22,774 bases of DNA from Myxococcota bacterium (GCA_036149055.1 JAYZQJ010000112.1:1-22774); one strand, 5' to 3'; counted from the first letter of the stretch, positions 7,699 through 16,362 are shown. The notes: generated by a model not told the origin, from the sequence alone. Program-made: numbers and translations.

Positions 7699-9006
7699 GT
7701 GAAAAGCATCTCGATCGCGCTCGTCTCGCTCGCCCTCGTCGCCTGTGGCGACGGCATGGCCATGCCCGACCCGGACGCGGGCCCGCCGCCCGCCAACACC
7801 CTCCGTGACGGGGCCGAGGCGCAGTACGCGCCGGTCTACGAGGCGGTGAGCTACACGGCCGGCGGCTGGGACCGCGAGTGGCTGCCCAAGGACCTCGCGG
7901 TCCACCCGGACGGCCAGCTCTGGCTCGTGCAGCAGATGGAGCGCGACCCCGACTTCGACGATGACACCGAGTGCACCCAGCGCGGCCTCTCCGGCGCGCC
8001 GAACGACTGCGTCTCGCAGCAGGGCAGCACCGTCGCCATCCTCGATCCCGGCGCGGCCGAGCTGGCCACCGCCGAGAACGGGCGCGCGAACGTCGTCGTC
8101 GACGCCAACTCCTGGCACTTCATGCGCCGGCCGTCCTCGATCGCGTTCGGCGCGGCCGAGACGACCCTGAACCCCGACGACCCGGGCGCCGAGGGCGCCG
8201 GCCTCACCGAGCCGGTGACCTTCACCAACACCTTCGCCACCTGCCACGAGCACTGGACCGGCAACCCGACCGACATGCCGGCCTTCATCGGCCCGACCCT
8301 GTGGACCGCCGACCCGGCGATCTACAACGGCGAGAACGGCATGTTCGACTGGTCGAACGGCTCGCACCTCGACATGGTGCACGCCACTCAGTACTGCATG
8401 GGCATCGCCCACGAGCGCGACAACGTCTACTGGACGTTCAACGGCGCCGAGGGGACGCTCGACCTCTACGACTTCGGCAAGCCCCACTTCCAGGGTCACC
8501 ACGACCACTCGGACGGCGACGTCACCCGCTTCTACATGCCCGAGGGTGAAGAGCTCAGCCGGATGCCCTACGTGCCCTCGAACATGGTGCTCGTCGGCAA
8601 CCACCTCTACCTCGCCGACACCGGCAACGGCCGCGTGCTTCGCTTCGACATCGACTCCGAGGTGAGCGAGGAGTTCAGCTTCCGCACCTTCGAGAACCTG
8701 CCCGCCACCGGCATGGTCGGCATCGCGTACGAGGTGCTCCTCGACGCCGAGACCCTCGGCGCGGAGTGGGGCGGCGCCAGCCAGCCCAGCGGCCTGGCCA
8801 TGCTCGACGACGAGACCCTCGCGGTCGCCAACCACGCGACCGGCCACATCTCGCTCTTCGACCTCGACGGCACGCCGGTCCGCACCCTCGACACCGGCAC
8901 CGGGGTCGGCCTCGGCGGCATGACCGCGCTCGACGGCACCCTGTACTTCGTGCAGATGGGCGAGCGCCGCGTCTACCGCATCGACGTGATCCCCGCCGAG
9001 ATGTGA
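7699..9006 (+). CDS. Lipoprotein, probable beta-propeller (NHL/SMP-30-like blades) with a His-rich putative metal site (435 aa)
   Basis: GGAG precedes GTG 7699 (alternative start ATG 7687); lipobox LVAC. Blade motifs PKDLAVHPDGQLW, LYLADTGNGRVLRFD, PSGLAM..LAVANHATGHISLFDLDG. His clusters SHLDMVH and PHFQGHHDHSDG. Confidence 0.85.
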   Translation: MKSISIALVSLALVACGDGMAMPDPDAGPPPANTLRDGAEAQYAPVYEAVSYTAGGWDREWLPKDLAVHPDGQLWLVQQMERDPDFDDDTECTQRGLSGAPNDCVSQQGSTVAILDPGAAELATAENGRANVVVDANSWHFMRRPSSIAFGAAETTLNPDDPGAEGAGLTEPVTFTNTFATCHEHWTGNPTDMPAFIGPTLWTADPAIYNGENGMFDWSNGSHLDMVHATQYCMGIAHERDNVYWTFNGAEGTLDLYDFGKPHFQGHHDHSDGDVTRFYMPEGEELSRMPYVPSNMVLVGNHLYLADTGNGRVLRFDIDSEVSEEFSFRTFENLPATGMVGIAYEVLLDAETLGAEWGGASQPSGLAMLDDETLAVANHATGHISLFDLDGTPVRTLDTGTGVGLGGMTALDGTLYFVQMGERRVYRIDVIPAEM

Positions 9007-9869
9007 TCGAGCGGCTCGCGGCGGGACAGCCACTCCTCCGGGAGCGGCGTGCCCGCCGCGGCCAGCAGCCCACCGACGATCGCGCAGGTGGTGTCGCGAT
9101 CGCCCAGCGCGGAGACCGTGCGCCACATCGCCTCCGGGTAGTCGTCGCGCACGTGGGCGGCGACGAAGAGGCAGAGCGGCACGGTGTCCGGGGCGCTGAC
9201 CCCCGAGCCGTTCCCGAGCGCGACCGCCGCGTCGACCATGCCGGTCTCGGCCGGCAGACGACGCGCCGCCTCGATGCCCTCGCGCGTGTAGCCCCGCGGC
9301 GTGCGCGCGGCCGTGGCGTCCAGGAGCGCGCTCGCGGAGATCGCCGGCTCTTCGACCAGGATGGCGGCCGCCACCGCGATCGCGACGGCGCCGGCCATGC
9401 CCTCCTCGTGGGCGTGAGTCACCTCCGCGCTCGCCCGCGCCTCCTCCGCGCACCGATCGAGGTCTCCGGCGAACCAGGCGCCGAGCGGCGCGACCCGCAT
9501 GGCGCCGCCGTTGCCGAACGAGCCCTGCCCTCGGAACGCCGCGCGAGCGGCGCGCCTCCAGCCCTCGCCCTCACGGACGCGGCGGAGGATCTCGTGAGCG
9601 CCGGCGCCGTAGCCTCGGCTCGGGTCGTGGCGACGCGCGAACGCGGCCGCGAGCGCGTCCTGGTCGATCCGCCCGTGCGCCTCGAGCACCTCGACGACCG
9701 ACAGCGCCATCTGGGTGTCGTCGGTCCAGCGCCACGGACCCTCGGGCAGCTCCCGGTCCCGGATCCGGGCGTAGGCCTCGGCTGGCTCGAGGAAGAACCG
9801 TTCGCCGAAGGCGTCTCCGACCGAGAGGCCGTCCAGGGCTCGGAGCGCGCGATCGAGGGGGCTGACCAT
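8973..9869 (-). CDS. ADP-ribosylglycohydrolase (DraG/ARH family; 298 aa)
   Basis: Mg-binding and family motifs GDAFG, WTDDTQM, RGYG, GNGGAMR, VTH and GDRDTTCAIVG. Confidence 0.95.
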   Translation of the reverse strand: MVSPLDRALRALDGLSVGDAFGERFFLEPAEAYARIRDRELPEGPWRWTDDTQMALSVVEVLEAHGRIDQDALAAAFARRHDPSRGYGAGAHEILRRVREGEGWRRAARAAFRGQGSFGNGGAMRVAPLGAWFAGDLDRCAEEARASAEVTHAHEEGMAGAVAIAVAAAILVEEPAISASALLDATAARTPRGYTREGIEAARRLPAETGMVDAAVALGNGSGVSAPDTVPLCLFVAAHVRDDYPEAMWRTVSALGDRDTTCAIVGGLLAAAGTPLPEEWLSRREPLDHISAGITSMR

Positions 9870-9961
9870 GCCCGACGATGCCTCGCTCGAGCTCCCCAGC
9901 GCAACCACGGGGATCACAAAGAGGCTTGCGGTCTGTTTTGTGTCGTGGGAAAACGGGTTGC

Positions 9962-10690
9962 ATGGAAGTGTTGCTCGGTATTCTCCCCGCGGTCTTCTTC
10001 GCCGGCGTCATGGGGGTGGGCGCCATCGCCTTCGTCGTCTACGGCCAGAAGCGCCTGGGGCAGCTCCAGGAGCAGACCCGCGACTACACGGCGGGCGCGG
10101 TCGCGCAGCGCCTGGGCATGGAGGTCGTGCGCGGCGCGCCGGGCCAGAACCTCTGGATCACGGGCAAGACGGCGCTCGAGTCGCAGCACCTCGACATCTG
10201 CGTCGCGGGGCAGTGGGCGGGGGTGCCGGTCGACATCGTCTACTACCGCGACGTGCAGCACGAGAAGCACAACTGGACCGAGATGACCGTGCACTCCGAG
10301 TGGGAGGTGCGGATCGCCGCGCACACCGAGGCGAGCTTCGGTCACTTCGAGGTCATGTTCCGGCGGCCCAAGGCGCACAACACCGTGACCTCGTTCTTCC
10401 GCAACCCGATGCCCGAGCTCCGCACCGGGCACCCGCAGGTCGACGCGACCTACCGGGTGACGGGGGACAACCCGGCGATCGCCGAGGCGCTGGGCGAGCT
10501 GCTCGCGCCGCTCATCGGCCTCGAGTACGTGCACGTCGTGGGCGCGCCGGGCCGCGTCTCCTTCCGGCTCGACCGCGGCGCCGCCGGGCGCGGCAACGAG
10601 ATGATGGGCGTCGCGTACGCGCTCTACGACGCCGAGCGCGTGCTGAACGTGCTGACGGCGATCGTGCGGACCGCCGAGGGGCGCGCGTGA
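9962..10690 (+). CDS. Hypothetical protein with N-terminal membrane anchor (242 aa)
   Basis: One hydrophobic helix (LLGILPAVFFAGVMGVGAIAFVVY) followed by a soluble domain; strong GC3 bias. Confidence 0.8.
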   Translation: MEVLLGILPAVFFAGVMGVGAIAFVVYGQKRLGQLQEQTRDYTAGAVAQRLGMEVVRGAPGQNLWITGKTALESQHLDICVAGQWAGVPVDIVYYRDVQHEKHNWTEMTVHSEWEVRIAAHTEASFGHFEVMFRRPKAHNTVTSFFRNPMPELRTGHPQVDATYRVTGDNPAIAEALGELLAPLIGLEYVHVVGAPGRVSFRLDRGAAGRGNEMMGVAYALYDAERVLNVLTAIVRTAEGRA

Positions 10691-11118
10691 GCGGAGAGCC
10701 CGGTCGGGGCTGGGGCCCGCCGCCCGCCGCGCGCCCGAACCCGGTGGCCAACGGGCTGGAGGAGGAGCCCCTCGAGGACAGCGTGTTCCGGGCCTTCTTC
10801 GGCGTCCCCCGCTGCGTGCGCGGCGGGCGGCGCTGGCTCTACGTCGCGCTCACCCTCGTCGCCGTGCCGGTGCTCGTGCTCGGGTGGTTGATCTACTTCG
10901 GCCGGAGGCGGCGCAGCCGGCGTGGGCGCGTGGAGCCGTCCGCGGTGGGGGCGGTGCTGATCGTGGCCACCGGCGGCGTCTACCTGGGCTTCCTGATGCT
11001 GGGGGAGGTCTGGGGCTGGAACCCGCACCTGCTCGCCGCGCCGTGCACGCTCGCGCTCGCCGTCGCGCCCCTCGTCGGGCGCGTGATGTTGAAGCGCGGG
11101 GGCGCCGGCTCCGGCTGA
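10687..11118 (+). CDS. Small membrane protein, about 3 TM helices (143 aa)
   Basis: GTGA overlap with the upstream stop. Three hydrophobic segments with an Arg-rich inside loop (FGRRRRSRRGR). Confidence 0.7.
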   Translation: MSGEPGRGWGPPPAARPNPVANGLEEEPLEDSVFRAFFGVPRCVRGGRRWLYVALTLVAVPVLVLGWLIYFGRRRRSRRGRVEPSAVGAVLIVATGGVYLGFLMLGEVWGWNPHLLAAPCTLALAVAPLVGRVMLKRGGAGSG

Positions 11119-11130
11119 TACCGTCTCTCC

Positions 11131-11766
11131 ATGGAGAGGCTGGAATCCATCGCCTTCCTCGCGCTGTGCCTCGGCCTCCCGCTCGTCATGGCGGCGCTGC
11201 TCCTGCGCCACTTCGTGCGCTGGCTCCTCTCTCGGCGCCGCGAGGGGCGCGCGGTGAAGGCGCTGGGGTGGGAGCCCTCGGGGGAGGGCGCGCTCCGGGA
11301 GGCGCTCGAAGACGCGGGTCTCCAGGTCGGGGAGCGCACGCGTCTCTTCGACGTGCGGCAGCGCCGGGGGCTCGTCACCGCGAGGTGCCACCGACGTGCG
11401 ATGGGGGGCGCCAGGTCGCAGACGTCGGGCGAGCGCCGCGCCCTGCTCGTGGTCCCGCGCGAGGCGCCCGGTCCGCGGGGAGTGGCGCAGCCGAAGACCG
11501 GCGGTCTGCTCGAGTCGATCGTGCTCGGGCTCGGCGAGGCGCTCGGGGCGCGGGCGCTCGACCCGGAGGGGTGGTCGTGGGCCCACGTCCACGGGCCCGG
11601 AGGCTGGCTCTCCGCCGCCGACGCCGACGCGGTGCGCGCCCTGCTCGGGCCGCAGGATCGCCTCCACCTGGGAGCGCGCCACGTGGTGCTGTCCCGCCCG
11701 GCCGAGCATCTCGACGGCCTGCTCGAGGACGGCCCCGCGCTGTCCGAGACCCTCCGCCGGCTCTGA
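11131..11766 (+). CDS. Hypothetical protein with N-terminal TM helix (211 aa)
   Basis: Hydrophobic N-terminus IAFLALCLGLPLVMAALLL; TACCGT -10-like box 6 nt upstream; co-oriented with its neighbours. Confidence 0.7.
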   Translation: MERLESIAFLALCLGLPLVMAALLLRHFVRWLLSRRREGRAVKALGWEPSGEGALREALEDAGLQVGERTRLFDVRQRRGLVTARCHRRAMGGARSQTSGERRALLVVPREAPGPRGVAQPKTGGLLESIVLGLGEALGARALDPEGWSWAHVHGPGGWLSAADADAVRALLGPQDRLHLGARHVVLSRPAEHLDGLLEDGPALSETLRRL

Positions 11767-11813
11767 CTGGTCGCCGCGCGGCGGGCGCCTACCTCGTCCC
11801 CGGAGGAGACGAG

Positions 11814-12392
11814 ATGAACGCGCGCACGCTGATCCTGACGCTCGGCCTCGCGCTCGCCGGATGCGGCGGCGCAGAAGAGGCCGACGAGCCCGCCGAGACG
11901 ACCGCCGAGATGGAGGCCACGAGCGGGTCCGAGACCACCGGCGAGTCCTCGGCGACCCCGCCGCCCGGCCGCATGAGCGAGGTGCTCACGGCGCTGGCCG
12001 GGGATCCGCTCCTGACCGTCTACGTCGACGGACCGAGCGCGGTGGAGGACGGGCCGATCGCCGCGGGCGAGCCGGTCACCTACGAGACCCAGGTCTACGT
12101 GCACAACGACGGTGACCAGCCGGCCGCGATCGATCAGGCGCAGGTGAAGTTCGCCATCTACTCGACCGCTGACGACAGCCGCACGCCCTGCATCGACATC
12201 GACGACACCGGACCTCCGGAGCACGTGGGCCAGGACTCGATGGAGTCGTTCCGCGGCATCGCGCGCTGCACCTTCCCGGAGGCCGGGACCTACGAGGTCC
12301 ACACCTACGTCAGCTTCGCGGCGGGTGAGCTCGACGGAGACTTCGACATCGAGCGCCACTTCGCGGGCCGCATCGAGGTCGAGGCTCGGTAG
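11814..12392 (+). CDS. Lipoprotein with acidic linker and Ig-like beta-sandwich domain (192 aa)
   Basis: SD GGAGGAG; lipobox LAGC; GEPVTYETQVYVHNDGDQPA and FPEAGTYEV strands typical of Ig-like folds. Confidence 0.85.
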   Translation: MNARTLILTLGLALAGCGGAEEADEPAETTAEMEATSGSETTGESSATPPPGRMSEVLTALAGDPLLTVYVDGPSAVEDGPIAAGEPVTYETQVYVHNDGDQPAAIDQAQVKFAIYSTADDSRTPCIDIDDTGPPEHVGQDSMESFRGIARCTFPEAGTYEVHTYVSFAAGELDGDFDIERHFAGRIEVEAR

Positions 12393-12398
12393 GCGAGG

Positions 12399-12860
12399 TC
12401 ACAGCGACTCGCTCGCGACGGCGCTCCAGCAGGTGGGCGCGCACCCCGGGCCGTTCGGCATGTTCGGCTCGCCCGCGTCCACCGCGACGGTCTCGCGCCA
12501 CAGCTCCGTCCCGCCCTGCGAGACCGTCACGTCGACCGACTCGAACGGCGCGCCGTCGGGGTTGAGCTCGGCGTCGCCGAAGGGCTCCGTCAAGGTGACG
12601 ACCACCGTGGCCTCGTCCCAGCGCAGGGTGGCGAAGCGATAGCCGAAGCAGCTCGCCATGTCGTCCGCGGGCTCGGGCCCGACGGAGCACCGCAGCTCCT
12701 GCTGAGGCGTCGTGATCTCGACCTGGTAGGGGCCGCTGGCGAGGTCGAGGTCGTGGGAGAGGCGGACCTCCAACGTGGAGGTGCAGTCCACGAGGGTGCA
12801 CTCGAGCGAGCACGCGGTGAGCAGGCCCGCGAGCGCGGCGAGGGTGACGGTCGTGCGCAC
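12399..12860 (-). CDS. Small Cys-rich lipoprotein (153 aa); paralog of 22012-22413
   Basis: GTG start with TATGCT 6 nt upstream; lipobox LTAC; motifs CTLVDC, RCSVGP and PNGPGCAPTC. Confidence 0.85.
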   Translation of the reverse strand: MRTTVTLAALAGLLTACSLECTLVDCTSTLEVRLSHDLDLASGPYQVEITTPQQELRCSVGPEPADDMASCFGYRFATLRWDEATVVVTLTEPFGDAELNPDGAPFESVDVTVSQGGTELWRETVAVDAGEPNMPNGPGCAPTCWSAVASESL

Positions 12861-12903
12861 GGCCGGAGCATAGCCTTCCCATCGGCGCTTCGGGTCCTAT
12901 CGA

Positions 12904-13953
12904 ATGCGCGTGAGCTTCGAGCCCCGAACCGATCCTCGACGCGTGCTCGCGTGGAGCGCCGCCTGCGCGGTCGCGCTCGGCCTGGTGGTGCTCTTGCCGC
13001 AGGCCCTCTCGGTCGTGCTCGCGGGGTTCGCCGGGGTCGTGCTCGGGGCCGCGCTGACCGCGGCGAGCGAGGCGATCTCCAAGAGGACGCCGCTCGGGCG
13101 CAAGGCGGCGCTCGCGCTGGTCATCGCGCTCTCGATCGGCGTCCTGGCGTCCTACGTGGTGTGGGTCTTCGAGGTGACCGTGCCCGAGCTGCAGCGTCTC
13201 GGCGGGCGGCTGCCCGAGGCGATCGCCGAGCTCCAGGACCAGCTCCGCGGCTGGGGGCTCGGCCGGGTCGCGGACGCGATCGGCTCCCCGGCCGGCGCGC
13301 TCCAGCAGAGCGACACCCTGCGCGAGCGGCTGCTCGGCGTCTTCTCTTCGACCCTCGGCGGGCTGGCGGCCCTCGCGCTCATCGTCTTCGTCGGCATCTA
13401 CACGGCGATCCGTCCGGACACCTACATGGAGGGCGTGGTCGCGCTCTTCCCGCCGCGTCGCCGCCCGCGGATCCGCGAGATGATGTGCACCCTCGCGAGC
13501 ACCCTGCGCTGGTGGCTCGTCGGTCGCACCCTCTCGGCGGCGGTGGTCGGCGTGGCCACCGGGCTCGCGGTCTGGGCGCTCGGCGTGCCCATCCCCCTGA
13601 CGCTCGGCGTCGTGGCCGGCGTGCTGACCTACGTGCCCAACCTCGGCCCGGTGCTCACGCTCGTCCCCGCCGCGCTCCTGGCGCTCACGGTGAGCCCGAG
13701 CACCGCCCTGGTGGTGGTCGCCATCTACGCGGGCGTGCAGCTGGTCGAGAGCTACGTGCTCACGCCGATGGTGCAGGAGGTCGCGGTCGAGGTGCCGCCC
13801 GCGCTGCTCCTCTTCGCGCAGGCGCTCTCCGCGGTGTTCTTCGGCATCCTCGGCGTCGCGCTCGCCGCGCCCCTCGTCGCGGTCGCCCTCGACCTGGTGA
13901 AGGAGCTCTACGTCGAGGACCGGCTCGAGGCGGACGCCGCGCCGGCCGAGTGA
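12904..13953 (+). CDS. AI-2E family (PerM/UPF0118) transporter (349 aa)
   Basis: Multiple TM helices; motifs AGVLTYVPNLGP, VQLVESYVLTP and FGILGVALAAPL. Confidence 0.95.
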   Translation: MRVSFEPRTDPRRVLAWSAACAVALGLVVLLPQALSVVLAGFAGVVLGAALTAASEAISKRTPLGRKAALALVIALSIGVLASYVVWVFEVTVPELQRLGGRLPEAIAELQDQLRGWGLGRVADAIGSPAGALQQSDTLRERLLGVFSSTLGGLAALALIVFVGIYTAIRPDTYMEGVVALFPPRRRPRIREMMCTLASTLRWWLVGRTLSAAVVGVATGLAVWALGVPIPLTLGVVAGVLTYVPNLGPVLTLVPAALLALTVSPSTALVVVAIYAGVQLVESYVLTPMVQEVAVEVPPALLLFAQALSAVFFGILGVALAAPLVAVALDLVKELYVEDRLEADAAPAE

Positions 13954-14909
13954 CGCCCACCGGTCGGGAGCCGCACCTCGCAGGCCCCGCTCGCCGCGTG
14001 CATCACCGCGCTCTGGACCGTGATGTCCATGCGCACGCCCGGGTCCATCAGCACCTCGAAGGCCTCGTCGAAGGAGGCGGGCCGCGAGCGGAGGGCCAGG
14101 TAGGTCGCGCGGTCGAAGCGCTTGCAGGAGGTCGCGGCGAGCGCGTCGTCGGGGCGCTCGAAGCCGTCGTCGATCGCGCGATAGTCGTTCGTCACCGTCA
14201 CCAGCCCGTTCGCCGGCGTCCGGAGCGCGGAGCGCGTGCTCGTCCGCTCGATGACGACCATCTCGCCGGCCTTCGTGCCGGTGACGAGCAGCAGGCAGTC
14301 CGACGCGATCGGCGTGTCGGCCAGCCGAATCACCGCCTCGTCGTAGCTGCGGGCCTCGTCGAAGACCTGTCGCAGCAGCAGGGTGACGGGGAGCGCGAGG
14401 GGCTTCGGCTCGGCGCTGATCACGGCGTTGAGCGAGACGGCGAAGCGGCCCTCGGCGACGCCGGTGAACACACCCACGAACCCGGGCCAGCCGACGGAGC
14501 GGTAGGGGGTGGGCGCGCCGTCGTACTCGCAGACCAGCGTGTGCTCCGAGAGCATGCGGCGGTCGGTCCACCAGTCCAGGTTGCGCGCGTGCAGCGGGCC
14601 CTCGGGCGTGTCGACCGCGAACGCCGTGCACCCGAGCACCGCGTGCATCGCGTCGTAGTAGAGGTTCGCGACGAGCGAGGCGTTCGGCGTGATCCCGATC
14701 TCGTCCGCGATCGCGTCGATCTCGGCGCCGAAGGCCTCCGGCACGCACGCCGCGCGGTACGCGTCGACCAGATCGCCGAAGACCTCGAGGCCGCCGAGGT
14801 CCCGCACGTAGCTGTCGGCCAGCTCGCGCGCCTCCTTCGCCCAGGCGCCGATCCCCTCCCAGCGCCGCCCGGGCGCCTTCGCCAGATCCACCGAGAACGT
14901 CCCGAGCAT
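13908..14909 (-). CDS. Ntn-hydrolase of the acid ceramidase/NAAA-C45 type (333 aa)
   Basis: N-terminal VDLAKAPGRRW resembles the acid ceramidase/NAAA vdLd.pP..RW motif. Autoproteolytic site G-CTAF, then HARNLDW, GWPGFVGVFTG, FAVSLN, VIER and TND. Confidence 0.9.
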   Translation of the reverse strand: MLGTFSVDLAKAPGRRWEGIGAWAKEARELADSYVRDLGGLEVFGDLVDAYRAACVPEAFGAEIDAIADEIGITPNASLVANLYYDAMHAVLGCTAFAVDTPEGPLHARNLDWWTDRRMLSEHTLVCEYDGAPTPYRSVGWPGFVGVFTGVAEGRFAVSLNAVISAEPKPLALPVTLLLRQVFDEARSYDEAVIRLADTPIASDCLLLVTGTKAGEMVVIERTSTRSALRTPANGLVTVTNDYRAIDDGFERPDDALAATSCKRFDRATYLALRSRPASFDEAFEVLMDPGVRMDITVQSAVMHAASGACEVRLPTGGRHSAGAASASSRSST

Positions 14910-14914
14910 GCCGC

Positions 14915-14932
14915 ACCGTAGCACGCTATCGT
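14915..14932. promoter_or_regulatory. Back-to-back -10 elements (bidirectional, leaderless)
   Basis: TACGGT (minus strand, 14915-14920) lies 5 nt before ATG 14909. TATCGT (plus strand, 14927-14932) lies 6 nt before ATG 14939. Confidence 0.55.
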
Positions 14933-14938
14933 GACGGG

Positions 14939-15584
14939 ATGCCGCGCTCCGACGTGCTGACGGGCAAGCTCGACGCGCGGGATCGCGCGACCCGAAGGCG
15001 GCGGCGATCCCGGACGGCGGCGTCCGTGGATCCGCACGATGTCTTCGAGGCGTGGCTCGCGGGCTCGCGGTACGCGGGCGTCGCGCCGGGGGCGGTCGCG
15101 CGGATCGACCTCGACGCGTTCGTACGCGACAGCGGCGAGGTCCCGCTCTCCCCTGCCGAGCGCCTGCGCTCGCCCGGGGTCGACCTGCAGCGACGGCGGG
15201 GACCGGCGCCGCCGCCTCAGCCCTCGACCGCGTGTTCTGAGCGATCCGCTCGCGCACCTGTATCGGGCCTACGCGCTCTGGGATCTCGAGCGCTTCGCGG
15301 ACGCGGTCGAGGCCTTCGAGGCGGTGCCGCTCGAGGGGCTCCGGGGCGAGCGCGCCTGGCGCGTGGACGAGGTGCTGGAAGAGACGGCGCGCTGCCGATT
15401 GTTGGCGGGTGACCCCATGGGAGCGCGCCGGGATTACGAGCGACTGGTCGCGCGGTTCGAGAAGGAGCCGCGGCGGATCCGGAAGCTGGACCCCGGGCTG
15501 ATCGATCGGGTGCTGGAGGAGCACTTCGCGGGCCCGCTGCTGGAGAGATATCGAGCCACGTGTGTCGCGGCGGGGCTCGTGTGA
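14939..15584 (+). pseudogene. Frameshifted tetratricopeptide-repeat (TPR) protein gene (pseudogene or assembly error)
   Basis: Protein-like sequence moves between frames: DPHDVFEAWLAG...ERLR in the 14939 frame, AAASALDRV in the 15052 frame, then TPR-like DPLAHLYRAYALWDLERFADAVEAFEAV...GDPMGARRDYERL in the frame ending at 15584. Confidence 0.6.
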
Positions 15585-15592
15585 CCGACCGA

Positions 15593-15598
15593 TACGAT
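15593..15598 (+). promoter_or_regulatory. -10 element driving the riboswitch leader
   Basis: TACGAT, one mismatch from TACAAT and two from TATAAT, 13 nt upstream of the aptamer P1. Confidence 0.5.
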
Positions 15599-15611
15599 TG
15601 AACCGACGACA

Positions 15612-15707
15612 TTCATCCAGACGAGGTGAGGGACCGGCCCGCAGAGCCTCGGCCAACCCGCTCCCGCCAGAGCCGCGGGGCGAAGGTGGCAACGCCGGAA
15701 CGATGGA
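15612..15707 (+). ncRNA. SAM-I (S-box) riboswitch aptamer lacking P4
   Basis: P1 TTCATC/GATGGA; J1/2 CAGA; P2 CGAGGT-GA-GGG-ACCGG-CCC-GCAGA-GCCTCG with kink-turn GA pairs; P3 GCC-AA-CC...GG-T-GGC with distal stem CGCTCCCGC/GCGGGGCG; pseudoknot CCGG 15634-15637 with CCGG 15695-15698. Confidence 0.88.
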
Positions 15708-15714
15708 GGAGCTC

Positions 15715-16362
15715 ATGGAACACGACATCAGAGAGCTGGCCCGCGACATCTCGAGCCGGCCGCGCTTGCTGGAGGCCGGGAGCGAGGAGGGCCGGCGCTT
15801 CTATCGCTGGAGCGTCACGGACCTGCTGGTGGCCGTCGACGCGCGCGAGGTGCACCTGGCCCGCAGGCGCGCCCGGGTGGCGATGCCGCGGGGTCGCGTG
15901 CCGGCGCTCATCCGCGCGACCGATCGCTGGGCGAAGGCGAGGGAGCGCTGGGCCGCGTTCTACGCGTGGGGGTTGCCGCCGGTGGGCGCCTTGGCCCGGT
16001 ACTACCTGCCGCCCTACGCCGAGGACCCCGTGCAGGTGGGAGGGCGCGGCGCGGCCGGCGCCTTCTCCGGGCGGGACACGCTGCGCGAGCTCCCGCCGAC
16101 GCCGGTCGCGGACGGAGTGACCCGGATCGCCGAGTGGTGGCGGGTCGAGGAGCGGGTCGGGCCCCCGGAGGGCGCGCTCATCGGCGAGCGCTGGACGGTC
16201 GGCGACGCGCTGGTGCTGGACGCGCTGCGCCGGGAGCTGGTCCTCGGGGTCGACGACGAGGAGCTCCGGCTCCGGAGCGGCGACGCGCTGGTGTTTCGCG
16301 CGATCTACTCGCAGGCGTGGCCGCGGAGGTCGCGCAGGAAGCGGTCGAGATCGCGCCGCTGA
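15715..16362 (+). CDS. Hypothetical protein downstream of the SAM riboswitch (215 aa)
   Basis: SD GGAGGAG precedes ATG 15715; GC3-biased codons; weak internal duplication (RWSVTDLLVAVDAREVHL / RWTVGDALVLDALRRELVL). The 3' end overlaps the convergent gene. Confidence 0.7.
   Translation: MEHDIRELARDISSRPRLLEAGSEEGRRFYRWSVTDLLVAVDAREVHLARRRARVAMPRGRVPALIRATDRWAKARERWAAFYAWGLPPVGALARYYLPPYAEDPVQVGGRGAAGAFSGRDTLRELPPTPVADGVTRIAEWWRVEERVGPPEGALIGERWTVGDALVLDALRRELVLGVDDEELRLRSGDALVFRAIYSQAWPRRSRRKRSRSRR

Noticed and set aside
8973..9869. ADP-ribosylglycohydrolase as immunity protein of a toxin-immunity pair
   Set aside because: No ADP-ribosyltransferase-like gene is adjacent, and standalone ARH genes are common.
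12310..14921. Long overlapping ORFs 12310..14916 (-) and 12753..14921 (+), and similar long alternative-frame ORFs throughout
   Set aside because: These are stop-poor shadow frames expected at very high GC. They overlap well-supported genes and contain no motifs.
15703..15714. ATG 15703 (or the ORF-track start at 15562) as start of the riboswitch-controlled gene
   Set aside because: 15703 lies inside the aptamer P1 strand and has no SD, and 15562 would translate through the aptamer. ATG 15715 follows GGAGGAG.
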